Shown one piece after another: positions 19,666 to 29,698 of a DNA stretch of 64,000 bases (positions are counted from its first letter, which is position 1; every line of letters starts with the position of its first letter). Origin of the DNA: Candidatus Nanopelagicales bacterium. GTDB taxonomy: Bacteria > Actinomycetota > Actinomycetes > S36-B12 > JBBRLC01. A model generated the notes under the pieces. That model was not told where the DNA came from. It did not search any database and saw only the letters and a program-made list of their open reading frames with translations. Both the position numbers and the translations under genes were made by a program. The DNA lies in the NCBI GenBank assembly GCA_038244765.1, contig JBBRTC010000001.1, positions 629 through 64,628 on the forward strand, given 5' to 3'.

Positions 19666-20146
19666 CGATGATATCGACACCGTCGGATGCCGTCAGGTCG
19701 GCAAGCACCGACATAAACGGCGGCTTGGACCGCGCCTTGAATACGACGACAACGGAATCGCCATCGCTTCGCACGGAGATGACTTGGAAATGCGAGAACA
19801 CGGTCGCCAGTCGGACATCCTTGACGTAACGCAGCACTCGGGTGCTGACCTGATTGCGATCGAGCGGCAGAACGTCGACACCATCGCTCGTGTGCGTCGT
19901 CTGGCCGCCGTACACCGCAGCGAGGTCGACGGCCTGGGCCGCAGCGAGAGCAGCAGCGTCAGCGGCGTCGTTGAGCGCGCGACGGCTTAGCCACAATGAC
20001 GACACGTCGGTGACGACAGCGATGAGAGCGACCGTGATCGCGACCATGCCAAGGGCGAGGAGCATGACTGTGCCGCTCTCCCCAGAACGGCGAGCTGCCG
20101 AGCCGCAAATCCGAGTGCGGACTTCATCGGCGAGCCGGGGCGTCAT
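19634..20146 (-). CDS. TadE-like pilus assembly protein (Rv3654c family)
   Basis: N-terminal GESGTVMLLALGMVAITVALIAVV hydrophobic segment followed by AADAAALAAAQ. ATGA overlap with the upstream gene. Confidence 0.7.
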   Translation of the reverse strand: MTPRLADEVRTRICGSAARRSGESGTVMLLALGMVAITVALIAVVTDVSSLWLSRRALNDAADAAALAAAQAVDLAAVYGGQTTHTSDGVDVLPLDRNQVSTRVLRYVKDVRLATVFSHFQVISVRSDGDSVVVVFKARSKPPFMSVLADLTASDGVDIIAEAHARLALN

Positions 20147-20592
20147 TGCGGCTCGCGGTAGGTGTCGACGACCTCCACGTGGTCCGCGCTCACCGGAATG
20201 GCGAGGTCGGTTCCTGCACTGAGGTTCTGTGGCAGGAACGGTAGCGGAACAGAAAGGCTCAGCGAGACCTCGACGCGCGATCCCGGTGTCAAGCACGGGC
20301 CACCAGCACATCGCAGGTGAAGGCCGCCAGCGGGAAGTTCGAGGCCGTGGTCGGCGAGCGCAATTTCCGCAGCGGAAAGTGCACGCTGTCGACCCTCCAC
20401 GTCAGATCCCGACGTCGCATATACACGGCCGGCTTCCCGGACTGCCGTCGTCACGGCGTACGCCGCGGACTGAACTCTCGCGACCGCCATCACCATGTAG
20501 ATCATCGGAACCAAGACAAGGAGCGCGAGCGCCACAAATTCGACGAGCGCCGAACCCTCATCATCTTGGTTGCTGCGACGGCGTGCATGCAT
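20143..20592 (-). CDS. TadE family pilus assembly protein / pseudopilin
   Basis: DDEGSALVEFVALALLVLVPMIYMVMAV is a TadE-type N-terminus. Confidence 0.7.
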   Translation of the reverse strand: MHARRRSNQDDEGSALVEFVALALLVLVPMIYMVMAVARVQSAAYAVTTAVREAGRVYATSGSDVEGRQRALSAAEIALADHGLELPAGGLHLRCAGGPCLTPGSRVEVSLSLSVPLPFLPQNLSAGTDLAIPVSADHVEVVDTYREPQ

Positions 20593-20996
20593 CAGCCCTC
20601 CTCCACGGCATGCCCGGTGACCTCAAGGGTTTCCGGGCCGAGGAGACCCAGCAACGGGAGTCGACCGCGAACTTCGATCGTCACAACGATCACACCACCG
20701 CGTGGCTCGCTGTGGGCGGTGACCGAATCCACTACCGAACCGGCGAGGTTGTTGGCGAGGACCTCCCTCGTTTTGGCCACGCCGTCTTGCGGACCTCGAT
20801 CTGCCGCCGCCGCGACCCTCGCACCTTCGGCCGCAGCTGCTATCAAGGTCGTCCGGATGTGGAACGTCAACGCAAGTTGTATGACCGCGAGCACCACCAA
20901 CAAGATCAGCGGTGCGACGAGGACAAACTCGACGGGCGCAGATCCGTTGTCGCTGCGGCGCAATCGCCTATCGGTTCGTGACTGAATCGAAGGCAC
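20592..20996 (-). CDS. TadE family pilus assembly protein / pseudopilin
   Basis: DNGSAPVEFVLVAPLILLVVLAVIQLAL is a TadE-type N-terminus. Confidence 0.7.
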   Translation of the reverse strand: MPSIQSRTDRRLRRSDNGSAPVEFVLVAPLILLVVLAVIQLALTFHIRTTLIAAAAEGARVAAAADRGPQDGVAKTREVLANNLAGSVVDSVTAHSEPRGGVIVVTIEVRGRLPLLGLLGPETLEVTGHAVEEG

Positions 20997-21207
20997 GGCG
21001 CAGAATCGAACTGAGTTGATCGTCGGCGATGACCCACAGCGCGGTCACTAGCCCGGCCGTCATGACGGTCACGAGGACCCAACCAGGGACGTCGCCCCGT
21101 TCGCGATCCGCCATGGTCGTAACCGTTTGCCAGCGGCGTACGAACGTCGTTGTGATGCGGTCGACCAAGCCTCGCCTTTCGCGCGACACTGAATATCGGT
21201 GCAACAT
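20968..21207 (-). CDS. small Flp/DUF4244-like putative pilin (atypical)
   Basis: Position matches Rv3656c between tadC and tadE. ERGDVPGWVLVTVMTAGLVTALWVI is the hydrophobic core. Start is uncertain; the ATG at 21207 has GGGGGAG upstream. Confidence 0.45.
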   Translation of the reverse strand: MLHRYSVSRERRGLVDRITTTFVRRWQTVTTMADRERGDVPGWVLVTVMTAGLVTALWVIADDQLSSILRRAFDSVTNR

Positions 21208-21250
21208 GTGCTCCCCCTTGATTTCGGCCACTACACCGGTGAAGTGACTC

Positions 21251-22195
21251 TTACGTCGAACCCAACGAAAGACCCCAAAACCCTGGAAATACAGCGATCA
21301 CGATGATCGTCGGCAAGATCAGAAATACCACAGGAATCAACATGGCGATCTCGCGCCGACCTGCACTGGCCAACAATTCTCGTACCCCATCAGCTCGGAC
21401 GTCGACTGCCTGCGCACGCAAAACCTCGGCCATCGGCGTTCCTCGTTCGACCGCCACGACCACGCCATCAACAAAGCGAGTGAGCGCGGGAAGTTCGATT
21501 CGCGTCGACATGGATCGCAGAGCGTCAACCAGGTTCACTCCCGTGCGAGTGAGCGCGACGCTGCTAGCAATTTCTTGGGCCAGGTCACCGTGACAGGTAC
21601 GCGCGATGCGCTCCAAAGCCGTGCCTGTCCCCTCGCCCGCGGCCACGGCGAAGGCAAGCAGTTCGGCGATCGTCGGTAACTCCACAGCCATGCGTCGATG
21701 TCGCCGCTTGATGTCAGCGGATAGCGACTGATCACGCCACAGGGCGGCGCCGATCGCGGTGCACAGCGACAAGATCAGCCACGGGGCGAATTGCACGCGA
21801 TACCCCGTCGCCACAGCGAGGAACGCGACGCCCATGGCAACGGCGAGGCCCGTCGCCGCTGCAATTACTTGCTCCACGCGGAAGTCTTCCGGCGATTGTC
21901 GGCGTCCTGCGCGGTCGAGTCGTCGGCGCAACGACTCGTTGCCACCGAGAAGGCCAGCGAGTTGACGGCCGGCGGCTTTGACTGATGGAGCAACGATGCG
22001 CTCGAGTGTCGGAAACGGCGTGCTCGCGGCGGTCCCATTGCGTCGATGACCGCTGAGATCGGACGCGCTTCCTAGGTACGGCGCAATCCGAGTGGGCAGG
22101 TCCGCGCGACGAAACAACAGGAGGTGGCGCGCGATAAGCAGGAGACCTGCGGCGGTTGCGGCCCCTAGGAGAGCACCGAGGGCGCCCGTGCTCAT
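21251..22195 (-). CDS. tadC: type II secretion system F family protein (TadC-like)
   Basis: Polytopic membrane protein. ATGA overlap with tadB. The long upstream extension of the ORF was rejected. Confidence 0.75.
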   Translation of the reverse strand: MSTGALGALLGAATAAGLLLIARHLLLFRRADLPTRIAPYLGSASDLSGHRRNGTAASTPFPTLERIVAPSVKAAGRQLAGLLGGNESLRRRLDRAGRRQSPEDFRVEQVIAAATGLAVAMGVAFLAVATGYRVQFAPWLILSLCTAIGAALWRDQSLSADIKRRHRRMAVELPTIAELLAFAVAAGEGTGTALERIARTCHGDLAQEIASSVALTRTGVNLVDALRSMSTRIELPALTRFVDGVVVAVERGTPMAEVLRAQAVDVRADGVRELLASAGRREIAMLIPVVFLILPTIIVIAVFPGFWGLSLGST

Positions 22196-23067
22196 GCGAG
22201 CACTCGTGGCTCTTGAGGTAGCCGCCCGATACGCAACATCAATCGATAGGCAACAAGGGTGACTCCGGCGCACACCAGCAACACGACGAATCCAGTGGGC
22301 GAGGAGTAGGCGCGAACGGCTTCGTGGCGAAGCGACAGCAGCACAAGGGTTACCCACGGGGCCGCAACGGCGAGGCGCGCGGCATTGACGGTCCAGCCTT
22401 GTCGAGTCTCCACTTCGGCACGGATGCGTGACTCTTCGCGAAGAAACGTCGACAACGTGCGCAGAAGTCGGCCGAGATCCGTCCCGCCGACTTGACGGGC
22501 GAGTCGCAACGCCTCGATGACGCGGTCGGCAACTGGATCAGCGAGGTCGGCCTTCAGTCGATCCAGTGAGTTCTCGAACCGCCCCGTAACTTGGTAGTCG
22601 GAGGCGAAGCGGGAAAACGCCGGGCGGAGCAGAAGCGGTCCGCGTGCAGCAAGTTCGGCAACACCCTCTGGCAGAGACATTCCCGCCCGTACGGCGGAGG
22701 CGAGATCGTCGATAACTTCTGGCCACGCCGCTCTCAAGTCGCGAGCCCGCTGATCGCGTTGACGCCGCAAGAGCGTGATGGGCGTCCATGCCGCCGCTGC
22801 GCCAAGGACAAGAGCAACCGCTGGCGACGCGCTGACGATGAGGGCGACCAAGGCACCCGAGAAACCCAGGCCAGCGCACGTACATCCCACTCGCAGGGGC
22901 GACAAGTCGGCGTGACCCGAGTCAGCCACCAACCTTGCCAACCGCCCGGGACGCTTGACGATCGCGAGCCCTGTTGCCGATCGCGACAGGGCTCGGGAGT
23001 CTTCGGTGAACGCGGACCCGATCAGAAGCGCACCGATCCCGACGACCAGCCCGAGAAGCACGCCCAT
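22192..23067 (-). CDS. tadB: type II secretion system F family protein (TadB-like)
   Basis: Polytopic membrane protein directly downstream of tadA. Confidence 0.75.
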   Translation of the reverse strand: MGVLLGLVVGIGALLIGSAFTEDSRALSRSATGLAIVKRPGRLARLVADSGHADLSPLRVGCTCAGLGFSGALVALIVSASPAVALVLGAAAAWTPITLLRRQRDQRARDLRAAWPEVIDDLASAVRAGMSLPEGVAELAARGPLLLRPAFSRFASDYQVTGRFENSLDRLKADLADPVADRVIEALRLARQVGGTDLGRLLRTLSTFLREESRIRAEVETRQGWTVNAARLAVAAPWVTLVLLSLRHEAVRAYSSPTGFVVLLVCAGVTLVAYRLMLRIGRLPQEPRVLA

Positions 23068-23069
23068 GG

Positions 23070-24362
23070 CTAGTTCGCCGTGCCCTCGAGTAGCGCAAGA
23101 AGGTCAATTCCGCAGGCGGCGAAGCGCTCTCGGTGAGGCGGAAATCCGTCCGCTCGACACAACTGCCCCTCGACCGTGCGAAAGACGTCTGCTGTCTCGA
23201 CCGCGCCAGATCCACCGTCTGACATTTCGGCCCGACCAGGAACCGCAACGATCTCACGCACGCGGCGACGCCCATCGTTGAGTGTCTCGGCATGAACGAC
23301 AAGGTCGATCGCAGTCGCCACCGTCGGTGTGACGAATTGTGAGGAAACGTTCGGACCAGCAAGCAGAGGCAGGGTGCACAACTTCGTGATCGCTTCGCGG
23401 GCCCCATTTGCGTGAATGCTGCACATTCCCGGCATCCCAGAATTGAGCGCAATCAACAGATCAAGGCTCTCCTGCTGGCGTACCTCGCCGACGATGAGCC
23501 GATTGGGTCGCATCCGTAGCGCTTCTTTGATCAACCTCCGAAGCGGAATCTCGCCCGTACCTTCGAGGCTGACCTGTCGGGTCTGCATCGCAACCCAGTC
23601 TGGGAGCTGGAGTTGAATCTCAAATACTTCCTCACAGGTGATGACACGTTCGGTGGGTGGTACGGCGTTGATCAAGCAATTGAGGAGGGTCGTCTTTCCG
23701 GCCTGCGTACCACCCGAGACGAGGATGTTGAGGCCCGCAATGACTGCGGCATCTAAGAATTGCGCCGAATGCAGGGAAAGAGTCCCCAGCGCGACCAAGT
23801 CGCTCAAGTTATGTGCCGGGGCGACGAACTTACGCACGTTCACCGCCCAGTGCTGGCGCGTTACGTCCGGGATCACCACATGAAGTCGAGATCCATCCGG
23901 GAGTACTGCATCGACAAACGGTTGGGACAAATCGACGCGACGGCCTGAGGTACTCAGCATTCGTTCGACCAGGTTTGCCACCTGTCCCGATCGGAGTACG
24001 ACATTGGTGAGTTCACTACGTCCGCGGCGCGCGACGAAGACGCGTCCAGGTTCGTTGATCCAGAGCTCCTCGACTTCCGGGTCGTCGAGAAAACGTTGAA
24101 GCGGTCCAAGCCCCCCCACGATGTCAACGACTTGCACGGTGATGCGGTCGAGTTCGTCCGCGATCCGGACCGGACCGCTCCAATTGCGGGCATAACCCGC
24201 CACGACGTCGGCGACGACTGAGGTGAGCTCAGCGGTGCTGGTCGGTCCGTGATCGGGACTATCGGCAAGCCGCGCACGGACTTCGTCCACAAGGGCGTCG
24301 ATGAAGTCCGCCTCTGGGTTCGAAGCGGGTCGCGCATCGGCGTACGCAAAAGCAGTGACCAT
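23070..24362 (-). CDS. tadA: TadA/CpaF-family secretion ATPase
   Basis: Walker A GGTQAGKTT, LIVGEVR, HANGAREA. VirB11/CpaF-like layout. Confidence 0.9.
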   Translation of the reverse strand: MVTAFAYADARPASNPEADFIDALVDEVRARLADSPDHGPTSTAELTSVVADVVAGYARNWSGPVRIADELDRITVQVVDIVGGLGPLQRFLDDPEVEELWINEPGRVFVARRGRSELTNVVLRSGQVANLVERMLSTSGRRVDLSQPFVDAVLPDGSRLHVVIPDVTRQHWAVNVRKFVAPAHNLSDLVALGTLSLHSAQFLDAAVIAGLNILVSGGTQAGKTTLLNCLINAVPPTERVITCEEVFEIQLQLPDWVAMQTRQVSLEGTGEIPLRRLIKEALRMRPNRLIVGEVRQQESLDLLIALNSGMPGMCSIHANGAREAITKLCTLPLLAGPNVSSQFVTPTVATAIDLVVHAETLNDGRRRVREIVAVPGRAEMSDGGSGAVETADVFRTVEGQLCRADGFPPHRERFAACGIDLLALLEGTAN

Positions 24363-24444
24363 GCGTCGTCCCCCCGTTTCCCTCGTGACGCGTCGAGAGA
24401 GAGCGAGACCGTAGGGGGCATTAGCCCATTCGGACTACCCCCAA

Positions 24445-24461
24445 TGTCCACATTGTGGACA
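24445..24461. promoter_or_regulatory. candidate operator TGTCCA-CATTG-TGGACA (core of the perfect 19-bp palindrome 24444-24462) upstream of tadA
   Basis: Read directly. The same half-sites and spacing recur at 40176-40192. Confidence 0.4.
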
Positions 24462-24490
24462 TCTCCCTGATAAGTCACCCTTCGGAGGAA

Positions 24491-27400
24491 CTAGGCCGTG
24501 GATTGGGTGACCAGGGTCCGGATGGTGCGCAGTGCCACGGACAGGGTCGCTAGGTCGAAAGTCTCCAACTCGCTGATCTCGGTGAGCGTCGTACGGGCGC
24601 GTGCGAGACCTTCGGCATTGGCTTGTTCCCATTGTTCGATGCGTGCCTGCGGCGAGTCCGCTGGCGAAGTCACGGCATTGACTCGTTCGGTGAGGCCAGC
24701 AAGCGCGCCATAGAGGTCGCTGCGCAACGCCGATCGCGCCAACGTCGACCAGCGATCCCCTCGCGGCAGTCCCGAAATACGACTGAGCATTCGGTCAACT
24801 TCGTACCGCTCAGAAAGCGCAAAGTACAACTGCGCCAACGGTTCTGGATCTGTGATCGCGACGCGCGCAATGGTGATGACATCGAGCATGGAGAAGAGAT
24901 CGAGCACGGCAGCGACGTCTCGCGCGAGTTCGCGCGGCGCACCTGCAGCTGCGAATTCAGCCTGCCTGCGCTGGAAGCGTTCTTGCTCGGAGCCGAGCAA
25001 CATCCCCGAGACCAACGGTGCAAGTCGGGTTACGTCGTTTCCGAACCGTTCGATCTCGTTTGCTACATCGATTGCGCCACCACGGTTCTGCAGCAACCAG
25101 CGCGTCGCACGATCGATGAACCGCCGAATCTCCAACAACAACGCGGTCTGCACGGACGTCGGGGCGAGGTTGTCGAGCGCTTCAATACGCCGCCACAAGA
25201 CGGGAAGGTTGAACACCTCGCGTACGACGACAAAGGCCCGCGCGACTTCGGCGGCACTGGCACCGGTGTCCTCATTCGCGCGGAAGGCGAAGGTGATTCC
25301 GCCCCGGTTGACGACCTCGTTGGCGACGACTGTGGTGATGATGTCCCGGCGCAATGGATGCTCATCAAGCCGATCGTTATATCGAGCGACGAGTGCAGCC
25401 GGGAAGTACGTTCGCAACGCACTGCCAAACCACATTTCATCTGGCAAATTCGACGTCGGGATGGCCCGCATCAACGTCATCTTGGAATACGCGACGAGCA
25501 CGCACATCTCCGGTGACGTCAGGCCGGTGCCGGCCGCCTCCCGCGCATCGATGTCGGCGTCGGTGGGAAGAAATTCGAGTGCGCGATCAAGTTCACCGCG
25601 TTCTTCGAGTTGCCGGATGAGTCGCTGATGCACCGAGAGCATCGAATGGACCTGCGCACGCGCGTTCGACAACAAGATGTTCTGCGTGTAGTTATCCGCC
25701 AGCACGTCATGGGCCACTTCGTCAGTCATTTCTTCGAGCAGAGCATTTCGGCCGGCCTCATCAAGTTCACCGCTGAGCACCACCGCGTCGAGCAAGATCT
25801 TGATGTTGACCTCGTGGTCGGAGGTGTCGACACCAGCAGAGTTATCGATGGCATCGGTATTGATGCGTACACCGGACTGCGCGGCCTCGACCCGGCCGAG
25901 TTGAGTGAGGCCGAGGTTCCCGCCCTCGCCTACGACCTTGCAGCGCAGTTGCGCTCCATCGACGCGGATCGAATCGTTGGCCTTGTCGCCGACGTCAAGT
26001 GAAGTTTCGCGCGCTGACTTCACGTACGTGCCAATGCCACCGTTCCACAACAAGTCCACCGGCGAACACAGAATCGATTTCATCAGGGCTGCAGGCGTCA
26101 TCGAGTCGACCCGGTCGGGGAGTCCCAAGGCGAGCCGTACTTGCGGTGTTAGCGAAATCGATTTGGCTGCGCGCGGGAAGATACCGCCGCCTTCGCTGAT
26201 CAGGGCCGCGTTGTAGTCCGCCCATGACGATCGCGGGAGTTCAAACAGGCGCTGCCTTTCAGCGAGCGACTTGGCCGCATCCGGTTGCGGGTCAAGGAAA
26301 ATATGGCGATGATCGAACGCGGCGAGGAGTTGGATATGCGGGGACAACAACATGCCATTGCCGAAGACGTCACCGCTCATGTCGCCAATCCCGACGACAG
26401 TGAAGTCGTGGGTTTGAATGTCGAGATTCATCTCACGGAAGTGCCGCTTCACTGACTCCCAGGCGCCCCGAGCGGTGATTCCCATCGCCTTGTGGTCATA
26501 TCCCTCGGACCCACCAGATGCGAAGGCATCACCGAGCCAGAAGTTGTAGGACTTGGAGATCTCGTTGGCGATGTCGGAGAAAGTCGCCGTGCCCTTGTCT
26601 GCAGCAACAACGAGATACGGATCATCGCCGTCATGGCGTACGACTGAGGGCGGCGGCACGATCTGGCCAGACACGAGATTGTCGGTGATGTCGAGCATCG
26701 CACTCACAAACGCGCGGTAACCGGCGATGCCTGCCGCGAGATAGCGCTCCCGATCGGAAGGATCGGGTGCACCCTTGAGCACGAAGCCACCCTTGGCTCC
26801 GACTGGCACGATGACCGCGTTCTTCACCGCTTGGGCCTTCACCAAACCGAGTACTTCGGTGCGGAAATCCTCACGTCGGTCCGACCAGCGAAGACCGCCT
26901 CGGGCCACCGCACCAAATCGCAAATGCACACCCTCGACGGCTGGTGCGTAGACCCAGATCTCGTATTTCGGTCGGGGCGCCGGCAAGTCGGGTACTGCAG
27001 CCGGGTCGAACTTGAACGACACCGTCGTCTTGTAGTGACCGTCACGAAGCCGCTGATAGGCGTTGGTGCGAAGTGTCGCCAACACCAGCGCGAGGAATCC
27101 ACGAACGATTCGATCCTGATCAAGACTGGCGACTTCGTCGAGCGCCGCCTCGATCTCCCGAGAAAGATGCGCCGACTGTTCACTGCGATGGCCCAGGAAG
27201 TCCGGATCACACCGAGTCTCAAAGAGACTGACGAGTAGTCGCGCGATTGCCACATTGGCGATGAAACAACTCTCAATGTATTCCTGGCTAAACGACGAAC
27301 CAGCTTGACGCTGATAACGCGAATAGGCCCGGATCAACATCGCCTGGCGCGACGTCAAACCCGCCGCAACCACAAGGGAATTGAAGCGATCAGATTCAAC

Positions 27401-29440
27401 TCGCCCGGCCCAAGCAGCAAGGAAGGACTCTTCAAATCGCGCAGGCAGGGTGTCGAGGTCGACAACGTTCTTCGGGTCGAATCGCAGGCCAAAGTCGTAG
27501 ATCCAGGCCGAATCGTGGGCTGATTGAACACTGCCGGACTGTTCCTCGCCCTCATGGTGATCGCGCTCAAATTCGTACGGGCGCTCATCGACGACCTCGA
27601 CACCAAGATTCTGCAGAACCGGCAAGACCTCACTCAAGGACAAAGCAGATCCGACTCGGTAAAGCTTGAATCGTCGAGTGGCTTCATCATCTTCATCAAT
27701 GGGGTGGTAGAACGACACCGAGATTCCCGTCATTCGGCTCGCCAGCACTTGGTCCTCGTCACCGCGGTGGAAGTGCTCAAGCCACAAGGCGTCGATGCGT
27801 TGCAGGTCAGTGAGCGCGCTCACTGGTCCGAAGTCCTCTTTGTATCCCTCCGGCACGCTTTCAGCCCACTGTGCCAACAACCTGGTGCTCGCGCCGTTGC
27901 TGACGCTGGAGGTGACCGCGTCGACGAAGTCGTCATCCCACGACCTGGTCGCCTGCGCTAACTCGGCTTGCAATGACTCCGCATCAACTTGCGGAATCGG
28001 TGTACCGGAAGGAACTCGAACGACGAAGTGCAAGCGGGCCAGAATCGATTCCGACACTCGCGCGGTGTAGTCGACACCGTCAGCGCCGTATGCCTCCGCC
28101 AGGATCTGTTCCATCCGCAGTCGCACGGTGGTCGTGTAGCGATCGCGCGGAAGATAGACCAGCGCGGAGACGAAGCGCTCATAGCGATCAGCCCGCACGA
28201 ACAGTCGCGTCTGCCGACGTTCGCGCATGTGATGGACGGCCATCGCCACATCGGCAAGTTCGGGGACCTCGACTTGGAACAATTCATCGCGTGGATAGGT
28301 CTCAAAAAACTCCAGCAAGTCCTTGCCGCCGTGACTATCTTGGGTGAAGCCGACCCATGCCAACACATCGTGAACTTTGCGTCGCAGCACGGGAATTGTC
28401 AGCACTGATTGGTTGTACGCCGATGACGTGAACAACCCGAGGAAGCGACGTTCGCCATCCACGTTGCCACTGGCGTCAAAACGCTTCACGCCGATGTAGT
28501 CAAGGTACGCCGCGCGGTGAACCGTCGACCGCGAATTCGCTTTGGTGACAACCAATACATGGCGTTCGCGAGCCGCCGTACGAGCCCGCTGAGGCAACTT
28601 AGCGAATGCGGACGACACCGCTTGATCGGCGCGAAGAATGCCGAGACCACTGCCCGTGATGGGACTCAACTTTTCCTCACCGGGATTGCCTACCAAGTCG
28701 TATTCGCGATAACCCAAGAACGTGAAGTGGTCGTTGGCCAGCCATCGCAACAGAGCCGCAGCCTCATGATCTTCTTCCGCGTCCACACCGGAGGGGGGGT
28801 TGAGAATCAATGCATCCGAGAGATCATTGGCGCGCTGTCGCATCCGTGGCCAGTCTTCGACGGCTTCTCGTACGTCGCGAAGCACATCATTGAGTTCGGT
28901 GACGAGAGCGGTAGCGTCCTGCTCCGGCGTCTCACCATCAAGCTCGATGCTCATCCATGATTCGACCAGCGTGTCGTGACTACGAGCCACTTTGCCGGTC
29001 TTCCCCAAGTCGAGTGGATCGGCGGCGGACACTTCAAGCAATAACCCGGCGATGTCGCGACGTACAACCATCTGCGGGTGCACGACCAGGGTGATGGTCC
29101 GCTTGAGACGAGTGAGCGCCGACACAACAGAGTCGACGAGGAAGGGCATGTCGTCGGTGACGACTTGGACCATCGAGGCCCCGTCAAGCCACTTGCGTTC
29201 GTCACTCGGATTCAGGAGTCGTACAAGTGCCCGTCCGGCCGGACGAACGTTGGCGAAGCGGCGCAAGTCCCGAGGGGGTTCGAGGATTTCCTCCGCCGTC
29301 CTCACTTGGAGGTCTTCTTCGGCGACGTGCCGGTAGAACCTCGCGATGAGAATGTCGTCTTCGGTTGAGAGTCCGGCTCGAAGCTCGGGAAGTACGTCGG
29401 GACGCGCGACGACTGGTGGGTCGACATGGATCTCGGTCAC
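24491..29440 (-). CDS. gdh: NAD-specific glutamate dehydrogenase, large (about 180 kDa) type
   Basis: 1649 aa with the catalytic core region (GGLRWSDR...VPVGAKGGF...ADKGTATFSD) characteristic of the large bacterial NAD-GDH family. Confidence 0.95.
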   Translation of the reverse strand: MTEIHVDPPVVARPDVLPELRAGLSTEDDILIARFYRHVAEEDLQVRTAEEILEPPRDLRRFANVRPAGRALVRLLNPSDERKWLDGASMVQVVTDDMPFLVDSVVSALTRLKRTITLVVHPQMVVRRDIAGLLLEVSAADPLDLGKTGKVARSHDTLVESWMSIELDGETPEQDATALVTELNDVLRDVREAVEDWPRMRQRANDLSDALILNPPSGVDAEEDHEAAALLRWLANDHFTFLGYREYDLVGNPGEEKLSPITGSGLGILRADQAVSSAFAKLPQRARTAARERHVLVVTKANSRSTVHRAAYLDYIGVKRFDASGNVDGERRFLGLFTSSAYNQSVLTIPVLRRKVHDVLAWVGFTQDSHGGKDLLEFFETYPRDELFQVEVPELADVAMAVHHMRERRQTRLFVRADRYERFVSALVYLPRDRYTTTVRLRMEQILAEAYGADGVDYTARVSESILARLHFVVRVPSGTPIPQVDAESLQAELAQATRSWDDDFVDAVTSSVSNGASTRLLAQWAESVPEGYKEDFGPVSALTDLQRIDALWLEHFHRGDEDQVLASRMTGISVSFYHPIDEDDEATRRFKLYRVGSALSLSEVLPVLQNLGVEVVDERPYEFERDHHEGEEQSGSVQSAHDSAWIYDFGLRFDPKNVVDLDTLPARFEESFLAAWAGRVESDRFNSLVVAAGLTSRQAMLIRAYSRYQRQAGSSFSQEYIESCFIANVAIARLLVSLFETRCDPDFLGHRSEQSAHLSREIEAALDEVASLDQDRIVRGFLALVLATLRTNAYQRLRDGHYKTTVSFKFDPAAVPDLPAPRPKYEIWVYAPAVEGVHLRFGAVARGGLRWSDRREDFRTEVLGLVKAQAVKNAVIVPVGAKGGFVLKGAPDPSDRERYLAAGIAGYRAFVSAMLDITDNLVSGQIVPPPSVVRHDGDDPYLVVAADKGTATFSDIANEISKSYNFWLGDAFASGGSEGYDHKAMGITARGAWESVKRHFREMNLDIQTHDFTVVGIGDMSGDVFGNGMLLSPHIQLLAAFDHRHIFLDPQPDAAKSLAERQRLFELPRSSWADYNAALISEGGGIFPRAAKSISLTPQVRLALGLPDRVDSMTPAALMKSILCSPVDLLWNGGIGTYVKSARETSLDVGDKANDSIRVDGAQLRCKVVGEGGNLGLTQLGRVEAAQSGVRINTDAIDNSAGVDTSDHEVNIKILLDAVVLSGELDEAGRNALLEEMTDEVAHDVLADNYTQNILLSNARAQVHSMLSVHQRLIRQLEERGELDRALEFLPTDADIDAREAAGTGLTSPEMCVLVAYSKMTLMRAIPTSNLPDEMWFGSALRTYFPAALVARYNDRLDEHPLRRDIITTVVANEVVNRGGITFAFRANEDTGASAAEVARAFVVVREVFNLPVLWRRIEALDNLAPTSVQTALLLEIRRFIDRATRWLLQNRGGAIDVANEIERFGNDVTRLAPLVSGMLLGSEQERFQRRQAEFAAAGAPRELARDVAAVLDLFSMLDVITIARVAITDPEPLAQLYFALSERYEVDRMLSRISGLPRGDRWSTLARSALRSDLYGALAGLTERVNAVTSPADSPQARIEQWEQANAEGLARARTTLTEISELETFDLATLSVALRTIRTLVTQSTA

Positions 29441-29698
29441 GAGGTCACGCCTCTTGCTTCCCGGTCGAAGAACGGGTCAGCCGCATGGTCCACCGTCGCA
29501 GCTGCGTCCGCACGCCATTGTGCAGACAGATTAAGCCTAGCCCGAGTACGGGGTTGAGGGCCGGACCTGGACGACGCATTCGCGGTATTCGCGTGCGTAG
29601 GGTCGCGATGCGGCATGCTTGCCCTTCAATTGGGCTTTGGTTCGACGTCCAGCCGACATACGCAGCTTTTTTCACGCTTGTGGGACGGAGAGGATCGC

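Noticed and set aside
24363-24392. Plus-strand hairpin with a C-rich loop (gcgtc-gtccccccgtttccctcgt-gacgc), considered as a second 6C-like element.
   Set aside because: It is the complement of the G-rich RBS and 5' UTR immediately upstream of the tadA start on the minus strand. It is a single hairpin only.
24474-24488. Short similarity GTCAC(CC)TTCGGAG at 24474-24488 and 38157-38169, considered as junction repeats of the 13.8-kb segment splitting the Tad locus.
   Set aside because: Only about 12 nt match, with an indel, which is too short to separate from chance. No recombinase is present.
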